NCBI GenBank assembly: GCA_963827685.1
Contig: CAWHBU010000008.1
Location: forward strand, 11,027 to 75,026
Length of the DNA stretch: 64,000 nt
Direction of reading: 5' to 3'
From: an uncultured delta proteobacterium
GTDB taxonomy: Bacteria > Desulfobacterota > BSN033 > UBA1163
Positions 29,915-39,732 of the stretch are shown piece after piece; position 1 is the stretch's first letter, and every line of letters starts with the position of its first letter. The position numbers and the translations under genes were made by a program. A model generated the notes under the pieces. The model saw nothing but the letters and a program-made list of their open reading frames with translations, was not told the origin of the DNA and searched no databases.

Positions 29915-31717
29915 GAGCCTGTAGAAAAAGTCACTTTTTTAAAAACTGCTTCTTCTGCTGGATCAAAAATAGGAAATTATTTTCTGTCATCAAAAGTTTT
30001 TCCGATTCTTGGCGAAATGTTCGTCTTTTCATGATATTTTTCTTACCCCAATACCCTATCACCCAATCCGGCTCCTTCACGCAAGCTCCAGACCGTATCG
30101 ATGCACTTTAAATAGATTGTGCACCGCACAGTAGAGTAACCACTGGGTGTTCACTTTTCGTTTCCCTCGAAGGGTAAATCGGTTCAACCCTAAGGTAGAG
30201 CAGATATTCCCAAATACAGGTTCTGCCGTTCCGAGTCTCCTGTCGTAGATGAGTCTGCCTTTTATCGAATCGATCTTGCGCTTCATCTTCTGGGTAAACG
30301 TCTCCGGCTTCGACTCCGCACTCCCCTGAAAGAAGTACACCTGTCTTGCCTCCGTTCTGTCCGGATGTCTCAGGCATCTCTCCCGTAGTCCGCAGATCCG
30401 ACAGTCGGTCTTTCTCCCATGAAACTTGATGGCCCGCTGACCGTTGACCACCACATTCCCCCCATTGCGATACAGGCGCTTACCCCCAGGACAGATGCAA
30501 TGAGTCTTGTCTTCGCTGATCGTAAAATCCCTGTGTGGCCTGTATAAGTCGGCCACTCCGTAGTACTCAGCCCTCTCCTTTCTGAATTGCTCTTTGTATT
30601 TGTCAACGTCCGAAAACCGCGGGTCCCGCTTCCGAAACTGCGTGTCTGCAATATAGGCATCGATCCCTTGCCCCATGACCTCCTTCATATTCGCCTCGGT
30701 ATGAAACCCACTGTCCGCTGTGAGCTTTGCTTTCTCGAAGATATCCTGTTTAATGCCGACGGCCTCGAAGTTCTCCCTCGTCCCCTCGAGCATAGGAAGA
30801 AGAAGATCATGTTCCTGCGCTGCTCCAAATGCCTCCGCATGTACAACCACCTGGTGCTTTCCGTCTACCACCGCTACCCCATCGTAACCCTGGATCACCC
30901 CGTGCGAGGTCTTCATCTTGGCGCTCTCATTGTCCGTGATGTTGCTCTTCACGGGCTTACCGCTCTTGCCAGGTTTGTCCTCGTTTTCTCGTAGCCATGC
31001 CTTTATCTTCTTTACCTTCCCCCGAAGGGTCTCCACATACTGCTCTTCTTGCTCCATCACTCCCCGGTCCGCCTCGGTAACATCCACCTCCCGATGCCGC
31101 TTGACAATCTGCCTGATCACCTTCTCCATCTTCTCTCTTTTCTTCTCCAGTTCTTTCTTCGTCCCGCTCCATTCTTTCGAGGCGTTTGAAGGCAGCTTGC
31201 AGCCATCCACTGCAAACATCTCTTTCCCGATCAGCCCCATCTCATCGCAGATCAACAGTATCTCTAGAAACAGATGGATGATCTCCTGGCCCGAGGTCGA
31301 AATGAAGTCTGAGATCGTTGTAAAATGCGGCTGCGTATCTGCCGACAGTGCCATGAAGATAACATTCTCTTGACAACACTGCGCTATCTTTCGGCTCGAG
31401 GTGATTCCTCGTGAGTAGGCATACAGGATAATCTTTAATAGGATGGTGGGATCGTAGGCCGGCGCTCCCATCTCGTCGTTTCGGTACCGGCAATCAAAAA
31501 TCGACAGGTCTATCTCGTTGTCAATGAGGTAATGAAGGCTATACTCAAACGTCCCGGGTAAGATCTGTCGGTCAAAGTGGATCGGTATGAACTTTCCCTG
31601 TGAATAATCAAACTCTTTGTATCTCGCCATCCAGTCCCTCCTAAGCGGTCTCCGCTCTCTTTGCCGCTACTGATATGGCGATTTTATCATGCTTTTAAGA
31701 CTTTTTTCTACAGGCTC
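29915..31717 (-). mobile_element. IS1182-family insertion sequence
   Basis: Inverted ends GAGCCTGTAGAAAAA; AAC on both flanks; contains a transposase. Confidence 0.9.
30077..31630 (-). CDS. IS1182-family DDE transposase
   Basis: GAPAYDP..LYAYSRGITSSRKI (DUF772-like), AVDGCK, TADSGF, AEPVFGNI. Confidence 0.92.
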   Translation of the reverse strand: MARYKEFDYSQGKFIPIHFDRQILPGTFEYSLHYLIDNEIDLSIFDCRYRNDEMGAPAYDPTILLKIILYAYSRGITSSRKIAQCCQENVIFMALSADTQPHFTTISDFISTSGQEIIHLFLEILLICDEMGLIGKEMFAVDGCKLPSNASKEWSGTKKELEKKREKMEKVIRQIVKRHREVDVTEADRGVMEQEEQYVETLRGKVKKIKAWLRENEDKPGKSGKPVKSNITDNESAKMKTSHGVIQGYDGVAVVDGKHQVVVHAEAFGAAQEHDLLLPMLEGTRENFEAVGIKQDIFEKAKLTADSGFHTEANMKEVMGQGIDAYIADTQFRKRDPRFSDVDKYKEQFRKERAEYYGVADLYRPHRDFTISEDKTHCICPGGKRLYRNGGNVVVNGQRAIKFHGRKTDCRICGLRERCLRHPDRTEARQVYFFQGSAESKPETFTQKMKRKIDSIKGRLIYDRRLGTAEPVFGNICSTLGLNRFTLRGKRKVNTQWLLYCAVHNLFKVHRYGLELA

Positions 31718-31767
31718 AACGATCGAAATCAGCGGTGGCTGGAAGCCATCCGCTGGAGTTGTTAGCC
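31718..31767 (-). other. attC-like site interrupted by IS1182
   Basis: With the IS removed, the minus strand reads GGCTAAC..CTCCAGCGGATGGC-TTCCA-GCCACCGCTGATT-TCGATC-GTTATAC. Confidence 0.55.
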
Positions 31768-31863
31768 AAACCTACGGTTGATATACGGGTACAAATCGCT
31801 TGAATTCTGGCATCCAGACCATAAGCGGAGTAGGCGCTTCAGGCTCATCGAAAATTGCAATTA

Positions 31864-32574
31864 TTACTGCTTTGCCTGTTGATATATTTGGTTCATGTTC
31901 TGCACGTACTCCTCTAATGGCATAAGCGGACGACTGATAGCTGCCATGATCTGACTAGACATCTTACCTTCCCGAACCAACTGATGGCCAGCCTCCCTTG
32001 CTGCCTCGAATATATCATTGACCGGAGCGCCTCTGGACTTCATTATCTTCAAGGCTGAGCTATGAGGTCGCAGCAATGCTCCAGCAAATTCTCGATTCAT
32101 ATTCCTGCATCTTGCTTTCACGTGAGCAAGCATTGGATCAAAGTTGTCCATCTCCCAATAGCCGCAACTGGATACCAACACTACCTTACCTGTGTCGCTA
32201 TCTTTCCTTCGACGTTTGTAGCAATGACCATTGCGCAGCTCGAATAAAGGATTCGCCAGAGGAACTGTTCGTTCCCAAAGGCATTTCAAAGAACCAGCTA
32301 TACCATCCACATACACCGGTGTCGCAAATACTTGGATGTCTGCCTCAACAAGCTTGGGAAGTAACATCTCCATGTCGTCTTTCTGAAAGCATTTGCCAGG
32401 TGTCTTGATCTGACAGTTGAACTCGCCTTGGCATGGCTTAATGTTGAGCTGCTTGGTGTAATAAAGTTCGACTTCAGCTCCAGCCTCTCTCATCCCATCC
32501 AAGAAAGGGATTAAGATAGTAGCCGTGTTACCCTTGTCCATCATAGGGCTTGCGTTGATTGCAATTGCTTTCAT
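31864..32574 (-). CDS. Flavodoxin-fold iron-sulfur flavoprotein
   Basis: AINASP..GNT, IKPCQGEFNC..GKCFQKDDM, ATPVY. Confidence 0.88.
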   Translation of the reverse strand: MKAIAINASPMMDKGNTATILIPFLDGMREAGAEVELYYTKQLNIKPCQGEFNCQIKTPGKCFQKDDMEMLLPKLVEADIQVFATPVYVDGIAGSLKCLWERTVPLANPLFELRNGHCYKRRRKDSDTGKVVLVSSCGYWEMDNFDPMLAHVKARCRNMNREFAGALLRPHSSALKIMKSRGAPVNDIFEAAREAGHQLVREGKMSSQIMAAISRPLMPLEEYVQNMNQIYQQAKQ

Positions 32575-32580
32575 CTTCGA

Positions 32581-32805
32581 TTACTCCTTTCTGTGCGAAT
32601 CTAACAATTGACCAAGTCCACACTCGGACGATGGCCACATGATTAAACTTTCACGATATTTCACATAATCCCAAATCTCCTGCCTATGTTTCTCCATTTC
32701 ACGAAAGCCTTTCTCTAAGCTACACAAATCTACAATTAGATTGCCAACCCTCTTCCATCTCCCCCCAGGTCCATCGATGCAATCGTCATCCATTTTGCCC
32801 TTCAT
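32581..32805 (-). CDS. Small hypothetical protein
   Basis: Fills the gap between the cupin and flavoprotein genes in operon-like spacing. Confidence 0.45.
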   Translation of the reverse strand: MKGKMDDDCIDGPGGRWKRVGNLIVDLCSLEKGFREMEKHRQEIWDYVKYRESLIMWPSSECGLGQLLDSHRKE

Positions 32806-32806
32806 G

Positions 32807-33205
32807 TTATTTTTTATATAACCCTTTGAGTAGAATCGAAATACCGAATGGATTATCACCCGTTTCTAACAAAGCCAAGGTATGGAAGGTGTTTGGAGGA
32901 ATGTATACGGTAACGGGGGCTTCTATTAAATAGGTTTCCATCTCATCAGCGTTTTCTCCGAGATTCACCTCTGCCTTGATGTCCTGGCTGAAGCAATATA
33001 TTTGAGCGACATCATGGGCGTGAGGCTCCTCCGCAGCCCCCATTTTTACCTTCAATGATTTAGGAAGCTTGGGAATCATCACCCATATGTCGGCATCTTG
33101 ACAGAGCTCTTTATCAATAAAAACGGGAACATTTCGCATGGTGCTGTGGTAAGGTAACTCTGGAACAATTTTAGGACTGAAAATATATTTTTCAAATCGT
33201 TTCAC
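32807..33205 (-). CDS. Cupin-like protein
   Basis: PHAHDVAQIYCF..TVYIPPNTFH; AAGGAGG RBS before GTG. Confidence 0.7.
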   Translation of the reverse strand: MKRFEKYIFSPKIVPELPYHSTMRNVPVFIDKELCQDADIWVMIPKLPKSLKVKMGAAEEPHAHDVAQIYCFSQDIKAEVNLGENADEMETYLIEAPVTVYIPPNTFHTLALLETGDNPFGISILLKGLYKK

Positions 33206-33275
33206 AACGATCCCTCCTTGGGTTTAGAATGAGGCTCGTTGACTCTAATTAAATCACAATTAGGAGAGGAAGGGA

Positions 33276-33293
33276 ATCACCCATTTGGGGGAT
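33276..33293. promoter_or_regulatory. Possible LuxR/NarL-type operator
   Basis: ATCACCCA-TT-TGGGGGAT inverted repeat between the regulator and the cupin operon. Confidence 0.35.
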
Positions 33294-33306
33294 AGGGAGC
33301 AGACGG

Positions 33307-33981
33307 TCAGATCAACCTTTTTTGAGCGGCCCACAGAACTGCCTGGGTTCGGTCTCGAAGATCCAATTTATCAAAGATATGAATGATATGGCTTTTTATT
33401 GTATGAGAGCTAATAGAGAGGAGTTCTGCAATTTCCTTATTTGAAAAGCCTTTTGACATCAGCCTAAGGACCTCAATTTCTCGCTTCGTAAGATTGGGGG
33501 CTACCTTTTTACCCTTGTGTCGCCTGAGATTTCGGACCTCTTTTTGTGTTATTTCCTTCACCGTTCTCTCAAGAGATTTGAAGTACCTTCTCTGGTTTTC
33601 AAAGTCGGACTTCTTCTCCGTAATGTCAATAGCAATTTCAATGGCATAAGCTACATCTCCACGGGTATTAAAAACAGGGTAAGCCCGCACTTCCCCCCAC
33701 CTTCGTGAGCCATCAGGTAGGTCAACCCATCTCTCCATAACACACACTTTTCCCGAATTGAAAACAACTTTTACCGGACATTCAGGACAAGGCTCGGTTC
33801 TCCTTTGGAACATCTCATAACAGAACTTCCCGACCATTTCCGCCACACTTCGTTGGTGAATCCGAGCCCTTGCCTCGTTAGCCCAGAGGATTCGAAAATC
33901 CAGGTCAAGAATATTAAGAGGGTCTTTTATGCTGCGGAAAAGAATAGGATATAAATCAGGTGATATTTTCCCCAAATTCAT
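33307..33981 (-). CDS. PAS + LuxR-HTH transcriptional regulator
   Basis: GKFCYEMF..CPECPV PAS; LTKREIEVLRLMSKGFSNKEIAELLSIS..KSHI. Confidence 0.9.
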   Translation of the reverse strand: MNLGKISPDLYPILFRSIKDPLNILDLDFRILWANEARARIHQRSVAEMVGKFCYEMFQRRTEPCPECPVKVVFNSGKVCVMERWVDLPDGSRRWGEVRAYPVFNTRGDVAYAIEIAIDITEKKSDFENQRRYFKSLERTVKEITQKEVRNLRRHKGKKVAPNLTKREIEVLRLMSKGFSNKEIAELLSISSHTIKSHIIHIFDKLDLRDRTQAVLWAAQKRLI

Positions 33982-34095
33982 TTTTCATGCGGCTCTCTGC
34001 TGATTACTGGTAAAAATCTACACCTTTTGAAAAAAATGTCAATTGCATATTTCAGGAAGAAACATTGCATCTCTGCCCTCTTGAGTTGCGGGTCC

Positions 34096-34160
34096 TGGGG
34101 TCGAATCTTTATCATTGATTTTCCCCGTATTTCACGAACATTTCCTTCTGACCCCAGGCT
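34096..34160. repeat. Stand-alone GGGGTCGAATCT...TCTGACCCC unit
   Basis: Similar to units at 28273, 29653, 35148/36759 and 40606. Confidence 0.75.
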
Positions 34161-34197
34161 TTTCCCCTCGATTGTCGCCCACACCTTTTTCTTTATT

Positions 34198-35073
34198 TTA
34201 AAAATTATAAATAATGGGAGCATTTAAAGATACTTGATGAATACTACAATAAGGGTGGCATTTAGCTAAAAAGAGAAAAGAAACCTTTCCTTTCAGCCCT
34301 TCCTCCTCGGTCAACGAGTCATAGTTTCCTCCTCCTTTTGAAATAACCAAGTCCGATACCTCTATCTGCCCCTTCAATTCCTGACTGATCTTTTTCAGAA
34401 AGGTGCCAGGTAAAGGCTCATGCATTCCATTTTCCATAATTTGAGCCACTTTCCCAATGCCCACTGACATAGCATCTTGTATGGTAGCGTCATTCATTAT
34501 AGGAAGGGTTCTGGTGACAAAAATTATCTTTAAATTATACATCTCACGAAGGACCTCGATCAAAAGCTTGTCAAAAACAATCTCACCACAATTATCACCG
34601 AGGTATACAAGCCTCCGGGTCTTTTTTAGCCTCCCCTTTAAACGATTTAAATTTCCTACATCGATGTCAAACTTGCCAAACCTATTGAGTTTTTTTTCGG
34701 GTGTTCCCCCTCCTATATCCATCATCGCGTCTATTGAGTTGCCTGCTATGGCCAATTTAATGGCTTCAAGAAACGGATCACGGCTTTTCAAAACCAACTC
34801 TTTCGCAGCAGGATAAATCTCCAATGCCTCGTTATTCTGTTCCTTCTTTATTCCTTTCATAGGGTCTACTTCTCCTGAAATCTCAAGGATCTTGAACCAG
34901 ACGTTCTTGATTACCTCGGGTGATGTCACCCTCCAGTCTTCTCCTCTAAAATAGTTTAACTTTAATATTTGTTTCATAAATCTTCTAACCTGATTTTCGT
35001 CTTTCATTACCAAGTGGGCGATTCCCAAAGACATCTTTAAAATACAGGGAATACAATCAGGCCATATTTTCAT
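34198..35073 (-). CDS. ARMT1/DUF89-like damage-control phosphatase
   Basis: DCIPC, AIAGNSID, YLGDNCGEIVFD, NDAT, ISKGGGNYDSL, AKC. Confidence 0.88.
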   Translation of the reverse strand: MKIWPDCIPCILKMSLGIAHLVMKDENQVRRFMKQILKLNYFRGEDWRVTSPEVIKNVWFKILEISGEVDPMKGIKKEQNNEALEIYPAAKELVLKSRDPFLEAIKLAIAGNSIDAMMDIGGGTPEKKLNRFGKFDIDVGNLNRLKGRLKKTRRLVYLGDNCGEIVFDKLLIEVLREMYNLKIIFVTRTLPIMNDATIQDAMSVGIGKVAQIMENGMHEPLPGTFLKKISQELKGQIEVSDLVISKGGGNYDSLTEEEGLKGKVSFLFLAKCHPYCSIHQVSLNAPIIYNF

Positions 35074-35162
35074 GAATACCTTTCCCCATTCTTTAAAAGG
35101 AATAAGATTCTAAGTAATTTGTGTTGTTAAAAGGATGAATGGGTTGCTGGGGTCGAATCTTT

Positions 35163-36759
35163 ACAGTCTGTTGAAAAACTCTATTCAATAAATTCTTTGC
35201 TTTAATATATCACAATGGTAGAATATGGCAACTTTTGAATAAAGGAGGAGCCATTGTTAGGAGAAAACCCACGAAGTGAGCGCATGTTCTACTATGTCCG
35301 GATGGAAGATATCGTTCCAGAGAACCATCTTCTAAGATTGATCGACAGACATATCGATCTAAAATTCATTCGGGACAAAGTGAAGCATCTATACAGTCAT
35401 ACAGGGCGTCCATCGATTGATCCGGAGGTATTACTCAGGATGCTTTTAATTGGGTATCTGTATGGAATCACATCAGAGCGTCGCCTATGCGAAGAAGTAC
35501 AGATGCACATTGGGTACAGGTGGTTTGTGGGCTTGAACCTTGAAGACAAGGTGCCAGATCATTCGACCTTCTCCAAGAATCGGCATGAGCGGTTTTCAGA
35601 GAGCGATCTATTTCAGAGAATCTTTGACGAGATTGTGAATCAATGTGTCTCTCAGGGGTTGTTAACAGGAAAGCATCTGACGGTGGACAGCACCTATGTA
35701 CAAGCCAATGCGGCCTTAAAGAGTCTAGAACCAATAGTGGTGACCATGGGGACAGGAGAATACATAGAGAAATTAGAGAGAGAAAACCCTGTAACAGAAG
35801 AGCCTTGGGAGCCTGGGGACGACTATCCCCATCGGGGTCAGAAAATAAGCAATGGGACTCATCGGTCCAAGACCGATCCGGATGCCCGTCTGGCAAGGAA
35901 ATCGTTGAAAGCAAACACCCAACTTTATCATGGAGTGACCTATATCATGGACAACCGGAGCCGGATCATCGTAGGGGCGGATGTGGGAAAACCAGATCGG
36001 AAAACTGACTGCGAAAAGGCGTTGAAGCAGATACGAAGGATTCCATTTGCTTTTGGGATAAAGCCGGAGAGCTTAGGAGCAGATAAGGGGTACTCCACGG
36101 GAGAATTTATCAATGCACTGGTCAAAGAGAAGGTACAGCCTCACATTCCAATCATGGATTCTCGGAGTCAAAACGATCGAGGGATCTACTCGATAGAACA
36201 ATTTAGCTTTGATCCGGGTGAAAACCGGTTTCTCTGTCCGTCGGGGAAGGAGTTGAAATATTGGGGAATTCATAAACCCAGTAAGCAGCATGTCTATAGG
36301 GCGAGGGCGAAGGATTGCAAAGTGTGTTCGAGGAAGGCGGAGTGTACGAGGGACAGGTCCAGATCACTCAGTTATCACATTTATGAGGAGTTTATCAATC
36401 AAGCGAGGCAAATCAATCAAACAAGGGCTTATCGGATATCGCAGAGGATGAGGAAGAGGATTGAGGAGCTATTTGGAGAAGCAAAGGAGTGGATGGGACT
36501 GAGGAGGGCTAAATTCCGGAGGCGGAAGTTTATCAGAGAACAGGTATTAATGACGGCGACAGCGCAGAATATAAAAAGGATGGTAAAGCTGTTATCCAAA
36601 GGAGGATACACAAAGCAAGCCCAGGTGGCCCAACAGCTTGGGGAATCGTTTCTTTCAAAGACATTTTCTAAATTATTTGGTTTGATGACTCTTTTCAGGT
36701 TTCGAACTCAATATTTTCTTCAGGGTTGCTGATAAATGCTTAGTTTTTCAACAGACTGT
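35163..36759 (+). mobile_element. IS1182-family insertion sequence inside a GGGGTC unit
   Basis: Perfect 18-bp inverted ends ACAGTCTGTTGAAAAACT; short T-rich duplication; flanks rejoin to GGGGTCGAATCTTTATCCTTG. Confidence 0.9.
35254..36732 (+). CDS. IS1182-family transposase
   Basis: GRPSIDPEVLLRMLLIGYLYGITSER, VPDHSTFS, TVDST, GADKGY, IEELFGEAK. Confidence 0.92.
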   Translation: MLGENPRSERMFYYVRMEDIVPENHLLRLIDRHIDLKFIRDKVKHLYSHTGRPSIDPEVLLRMLLIGYLYGITSERRLCEEVQMHIGYRWFVGLNLEDKVPDHSTFSKNRHERFSESDLFQRIFDEIVNQCVSQGLLTGKHLTVDSTYVQANAALKSLEPIVVTMGTGEYIEKLERENPVTEEPWEPGDDYPHRGQKISNGTHRSKTDPDARLARKSLKANTQLYHGVTYIMDNRSRIIVGADVGKPDRKTDCEKALKQIRRIPFAFGIKPESLGADKGYSTGEFINALVKEKVQPHIPIMDSRSQNDRGIYSIEQFSFDPGENRFLCPSGKELKYWGIHKPSKQHVYRARAKDCKVCSRKAECTRDRSRSLSYHIYEEFINQARQINQTRAYRISQRMRKRIEELFGEAKEWMGLRRAKFRRRKFIREQVLMTATAQNIKRMVKLLSKGGYTKQAQVAQQLGESFLSKTFSKLFGLMTLFRFRTQYFLQGC

Positions 36760-37000
36760 TTATCCTTGACTTTGCCCATATCTCACGAAAGTTTCCTTCT
36801 GACCCCAATCTTTTTTTCCCTGAAAACGAAGAATATCTGCGCCGCCACCCTGCGGATTCCTAATTGAAATATACATATTTTACGAAAATTGGTCAACCGA
36901 AACTTTCAGAAAGAAAGAGTCAAAGAAGCAGGCTGTTCGTTCCGCCTACGAGTCTACAGTCTGAGATGACTCTAAGGATTGACGATTACTGGTACAAATG
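36760..37000 (-). promoter_or_regulatory. Rest of GGGG unit, repeat family C copy 4 and module D
   Basis: TTGACC (36891-36896) -17 bp- TATATT (36868-36873). Confidence 0.65.
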
Positions 37001-37169
37001 TGCCTAAAAAAGACAGAGTCATTTCTGATAATCATATAATAGGGACCTTGAAATATCTCATGTGATAGTTCATGGTATGCTTGGAAAAGAAACCAATCCC
37101 CACACTGCCTGCATTTTTTCACAAACGAACATCGGTTATTTCAGAAGATAGTCTGAAACCGGCACCGAG

Positions 37170-38120
37170 TTACTGCAGATAGGTCTTGAGGAATCGCTGG
37201 ACCTGATCATGCGCGTCTTTTGCCGCAGTCCGGTCGTACCCCAAGTGATATGTACGTCCAGAGACGCGGACGACGCGGTCCGGGCTAGGTTGGTCAAATC
37301 CGTGCATCGCACCTTTATAGACCTTCCACTCAACCGGAACGCTGCCGCTCTGCAGGCCCTTGCCGCGCGCGACACACTGGTCAGGAGGTGTCCAGTCATC
37401 GGCGCTCCCCATGAGCATGAGCAGCGGGCTTGAGAGATTACCATCCTGGAACGTTGCACAGGGCGGAAAGAAGGCGATAGCGGCTTGATAGCCGCCGCCC
37501 ACGGGGCGGGTTGTGTTAATGAAGCGGGCGCTGGCGGAGATAAGGGTAGCGCCGCCCCCATGGGACCATCCCATGACCGCGACTTTGGTGGGGATTACAT
37601 CGGGTTGGCTTCGGAGGTACGAAAGCGCTCCTAGACCGTCGAGGGCATGTTCCCGGAATGTCAGGCCACTAACGCCGCAGGCGGTGGACATATTTCGCGG
37701 GGAGAGGCTATCCGGAAGGATGGCGACGTAGCCTAATGTTTCCAACCACTCAGCCCAGTTGGAATCGCATTCCCTGATGCCAGAGCAGACGTGCAGGAGC
37801 ACAACGCCTGGGAACGGGCCAGTACCTTTAGGCCGAAACACCGTGGCCGGTATCTGTGCGCCCACGGCGGAATCCGTACTCTTGAAGGTGATCCGTTCAC
37901 TGCCGGACGCGGCGTATCCCCGGAGGCTGACGCCGAGCACACACATCATTGCTAGGAAGATCACGAGACCCGTTCGAAGCATGATAGTGTCAAAAGGTAC
38001 CCTTGGGTGTCCTCCTGGTCGAGCGGGTGCCGCTCCCGACGGCCATCCAGACAGGAATTTCTGATATGCACCCATGTTCTCGTTCCTCTTATGCCGCTGA
38101 GTGATTTGATTTGCTTTCAT
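37170..38120 (-). CDS. Dienelactone hydrolase-family protein (probably secreted)
   Basis: GWSHGG nucleophile elbow, ADDWTP, AMHGFD; hydrophobic leader. Confidence 0.88.
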   Translation of the reverse strand: MKANQITQRHKRNENMGAYQKFLSGWPSGAAPARPGGHPRVPFDTIMLRTGLVIFLAMMCVLGVSLRGYAASGSERITFKSTDSAVGAQIPATVFRPKGTGPFPGVVLLHVCSGIRECDSNWAEWLETLGYVAILPDSLSPRNMSTACGVSGLTFREHALDGLGALSYLRSQPDVIPTKVAVMGWSHGGGATLISASARFINTTRPVGGGYQAAIAFFPPCATFQDGNLSSPLLMLMGSADDWTPPDQCVARGKGLQSGSVPVEWKVYKGAMHGFDQPSPDRVVRVSGRTYHLGYDRTAAKDAHDQVQRFLKTYLQ

Positions 38121-38232
38121 GGTTGACCCTCCTCTCTATAAAAGCTCGGTTAGTTGGTTTCGCTCAAAAAAAAATAAACGCAGATCAAGGTGGTTTGACA
38201 AATAAAAAGCCCACCCTACCAAAGCTTCATCC

Positions 38233-38309
38233 CTCGGCAGCTCGGCCATCTTACTTCAAAAGACGCGTCGCTTTCCGCCCCTCCTCACGGAAGGTTTGCC
38301 TTTGTCGGG
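38233..38309 (-). ncRNA. c-di-GMP-I (GEMM) riboswitch
   Basis: CGACAAAGGCAAACCTTCC-GTGA-GGAGGGGCGGAAAGC...GATGGCCGAGCTGCCGAG matches the GEMM-I consensus; lies 5' of the hydrolase gene. Confidence 0.85.
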
Positions 38310-38365
38310 TAAGTTGTTTTTCGTGACACGGATTTAATCTTGGGGACGGTTCTTATATTCTGATT

Positions 38366-38471
38366 GAAGCTCCCCGCCCACAGGGCGGGACTTCCCGGCA
38401 TTGTATAATATCATTTATATTGTGCCCCTTAACCCCGCTAACAAGGCGGGACTTGCGGGGCACGTTCCGGC
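38366..38471. mobile_element. IS200/IS605-type miniature element
   Basis: Two CCCGC..GCGGG hairpins; absent from the homologous site at 25711-25759. Confidence 0.7.
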
Positions 38472-38503
38472 CAATAACAATTAGATACAAAGGGGACAGG
38501 AGA

Positions 38504-39223
38504 CTATGTGGTCTGTCCCCGGCTCTTTCTGGCCCAGGCTTCGTATTTCGCCGAGATTTCCAGGTATTGTTCCCCTGTCACTATCGGTCTGCTAATCTCT
38601 TCCAAAAGGGTTGGCTCTATTTTCTCATGGAGGGCAAGCATTTTCCCCGCCCGTTGAATCTTATCAAGGCAAGGTTCGAGAAGTTGCGGCGCCATCTGTA
38701 GAGCAAGTGAGCCGGGTATGCAGATTTCTCCGATGGATTCGCAACCAAAGTTCGCTGCCTGGGCCCTGAACGTCACGATCAGGGGCAGAAAAGTCTCCAT
38801 CTCCGGGAATCCCGACGTTGAGACGAGTAAGAATTTTGAAGGCATGGTCCAACTGTAGGGGTGCCTCACCCGGTTTGCAGGGTCGAGCCGCAAAAATGGA
38901 TCCATAGCGCAGATACAGCGGTCCATTACGGTCTTCATCTGGGCGCTCATATTGTCTGTATACACGGGCGTACCCATAACAAACAGATCCGACTCTCTCA
39001 GGAACGGATAGAGCCCGTCCATATCATCCCGTTGAGCACATTGACCTGGTGTTTTATGCATACACGTAAGACATGCCCGGCAGTATGAGATATTCATTTC
39101 CTTGAGCTGGAATTCTCTTACGGTGGCCCCTCCCTCCGACAGCCCCTTCAAAAGAGAATCCAGCAATCTCCACGTTACCCCTTTCTTCCCCCTCGCGCTT
39201 CCATTCAACGCAACAACCTTCAT
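38504..39223 (-). CDS. Flavodoxin-fold iron-sulfur flavoprotein
   Basis: ALNGSARG, CRACLTC..GQCAQRDDM, GTPVY; paralogue of 31864-32574. Confidence 0.88.
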   Translation of the reverse strand: MKVVALNGSARGKKGVTWRLLDSLLKGLSEGGATVREFQLKEMNISYCRACLTCMHKTPGQCAQRDDMDGLYPFLRESDLFVMGTPVYTDNMSAQMKTVMDRCICAMDPFLRLDPANRVRHPYSWTMPSKFLLVSTSGFPEMETFLPLIVTFRAQAANFGCESIGEICIPGSLALQMAPQLLEPCLDKIQRAGKMLALHEKIEPTLLEEISRPIVTGEQYLEISAKYEAWARKSRGQTT

Positions 39224-39296
39224 GATTCCCCTTTTACAGGTCTCAACAATCAACAAACGTTTGACTCCTTAAGTTAACACTAAGCCTTTCTGTATG

Positions 39297-39560
39297 GTCT
39301 AATCCTTGTTTTCATATCGCTGCGGCGAAATAAACTTTTTTCAAAATTGACCAATCACTTAGAAATATTATTCATTAGTGAAGACGAAGAAATATCTGCG
39401 CCGCCACCCTGCGGATTCTTGATTGGAATATATCTATTTTATGAAAATTGGTCAACCGAAACTTTCAGAAAGAAAGAGTCAAAGAAAAGGGCTGGTTGTT
39501 ACATCTACAAGTCCTCACTGAAAGAGAATCTTGCAAGTTGACGATTACGGATAGAAACAT
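39297..39560 (-). promoter_or_regulatory. Long form of repeat family C (copy 5) with attI-like end, plus module D
   Basis: TTGACC (39450-39455) -17 bp- TATATT (39427-39432); ends ATATGAAAACAAGG-ATTAGAC. Confidence 0.6.
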
Positions 39561-39580
39561 TCGCTATCATTCATTAGCTG

Positions 39581-39655
39581 CGGGGCATGGGCCTTGGGAG
39601 TGGGTCTTGATTTGACGAGCCACAGCCCCAGGTGTTTCAGGATGGTCTTGATGAC
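39581..39655 (-). pseudogene. C-terminal scrap of an IS91-like transposase
   Basis: Translates VIKTILKHLGLWLVKSRPTPKAHAP; homologous to the scrap at 47110-47297. Confidence 0.6.
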
Positions 39656-39732
39656 CAGCGTAGATTGACTCATCTCTCAGCAGACGAAAGATAGCACAAA
39701 ACATGGTATAAGGTTGCTGGAGGAGGATCGGA

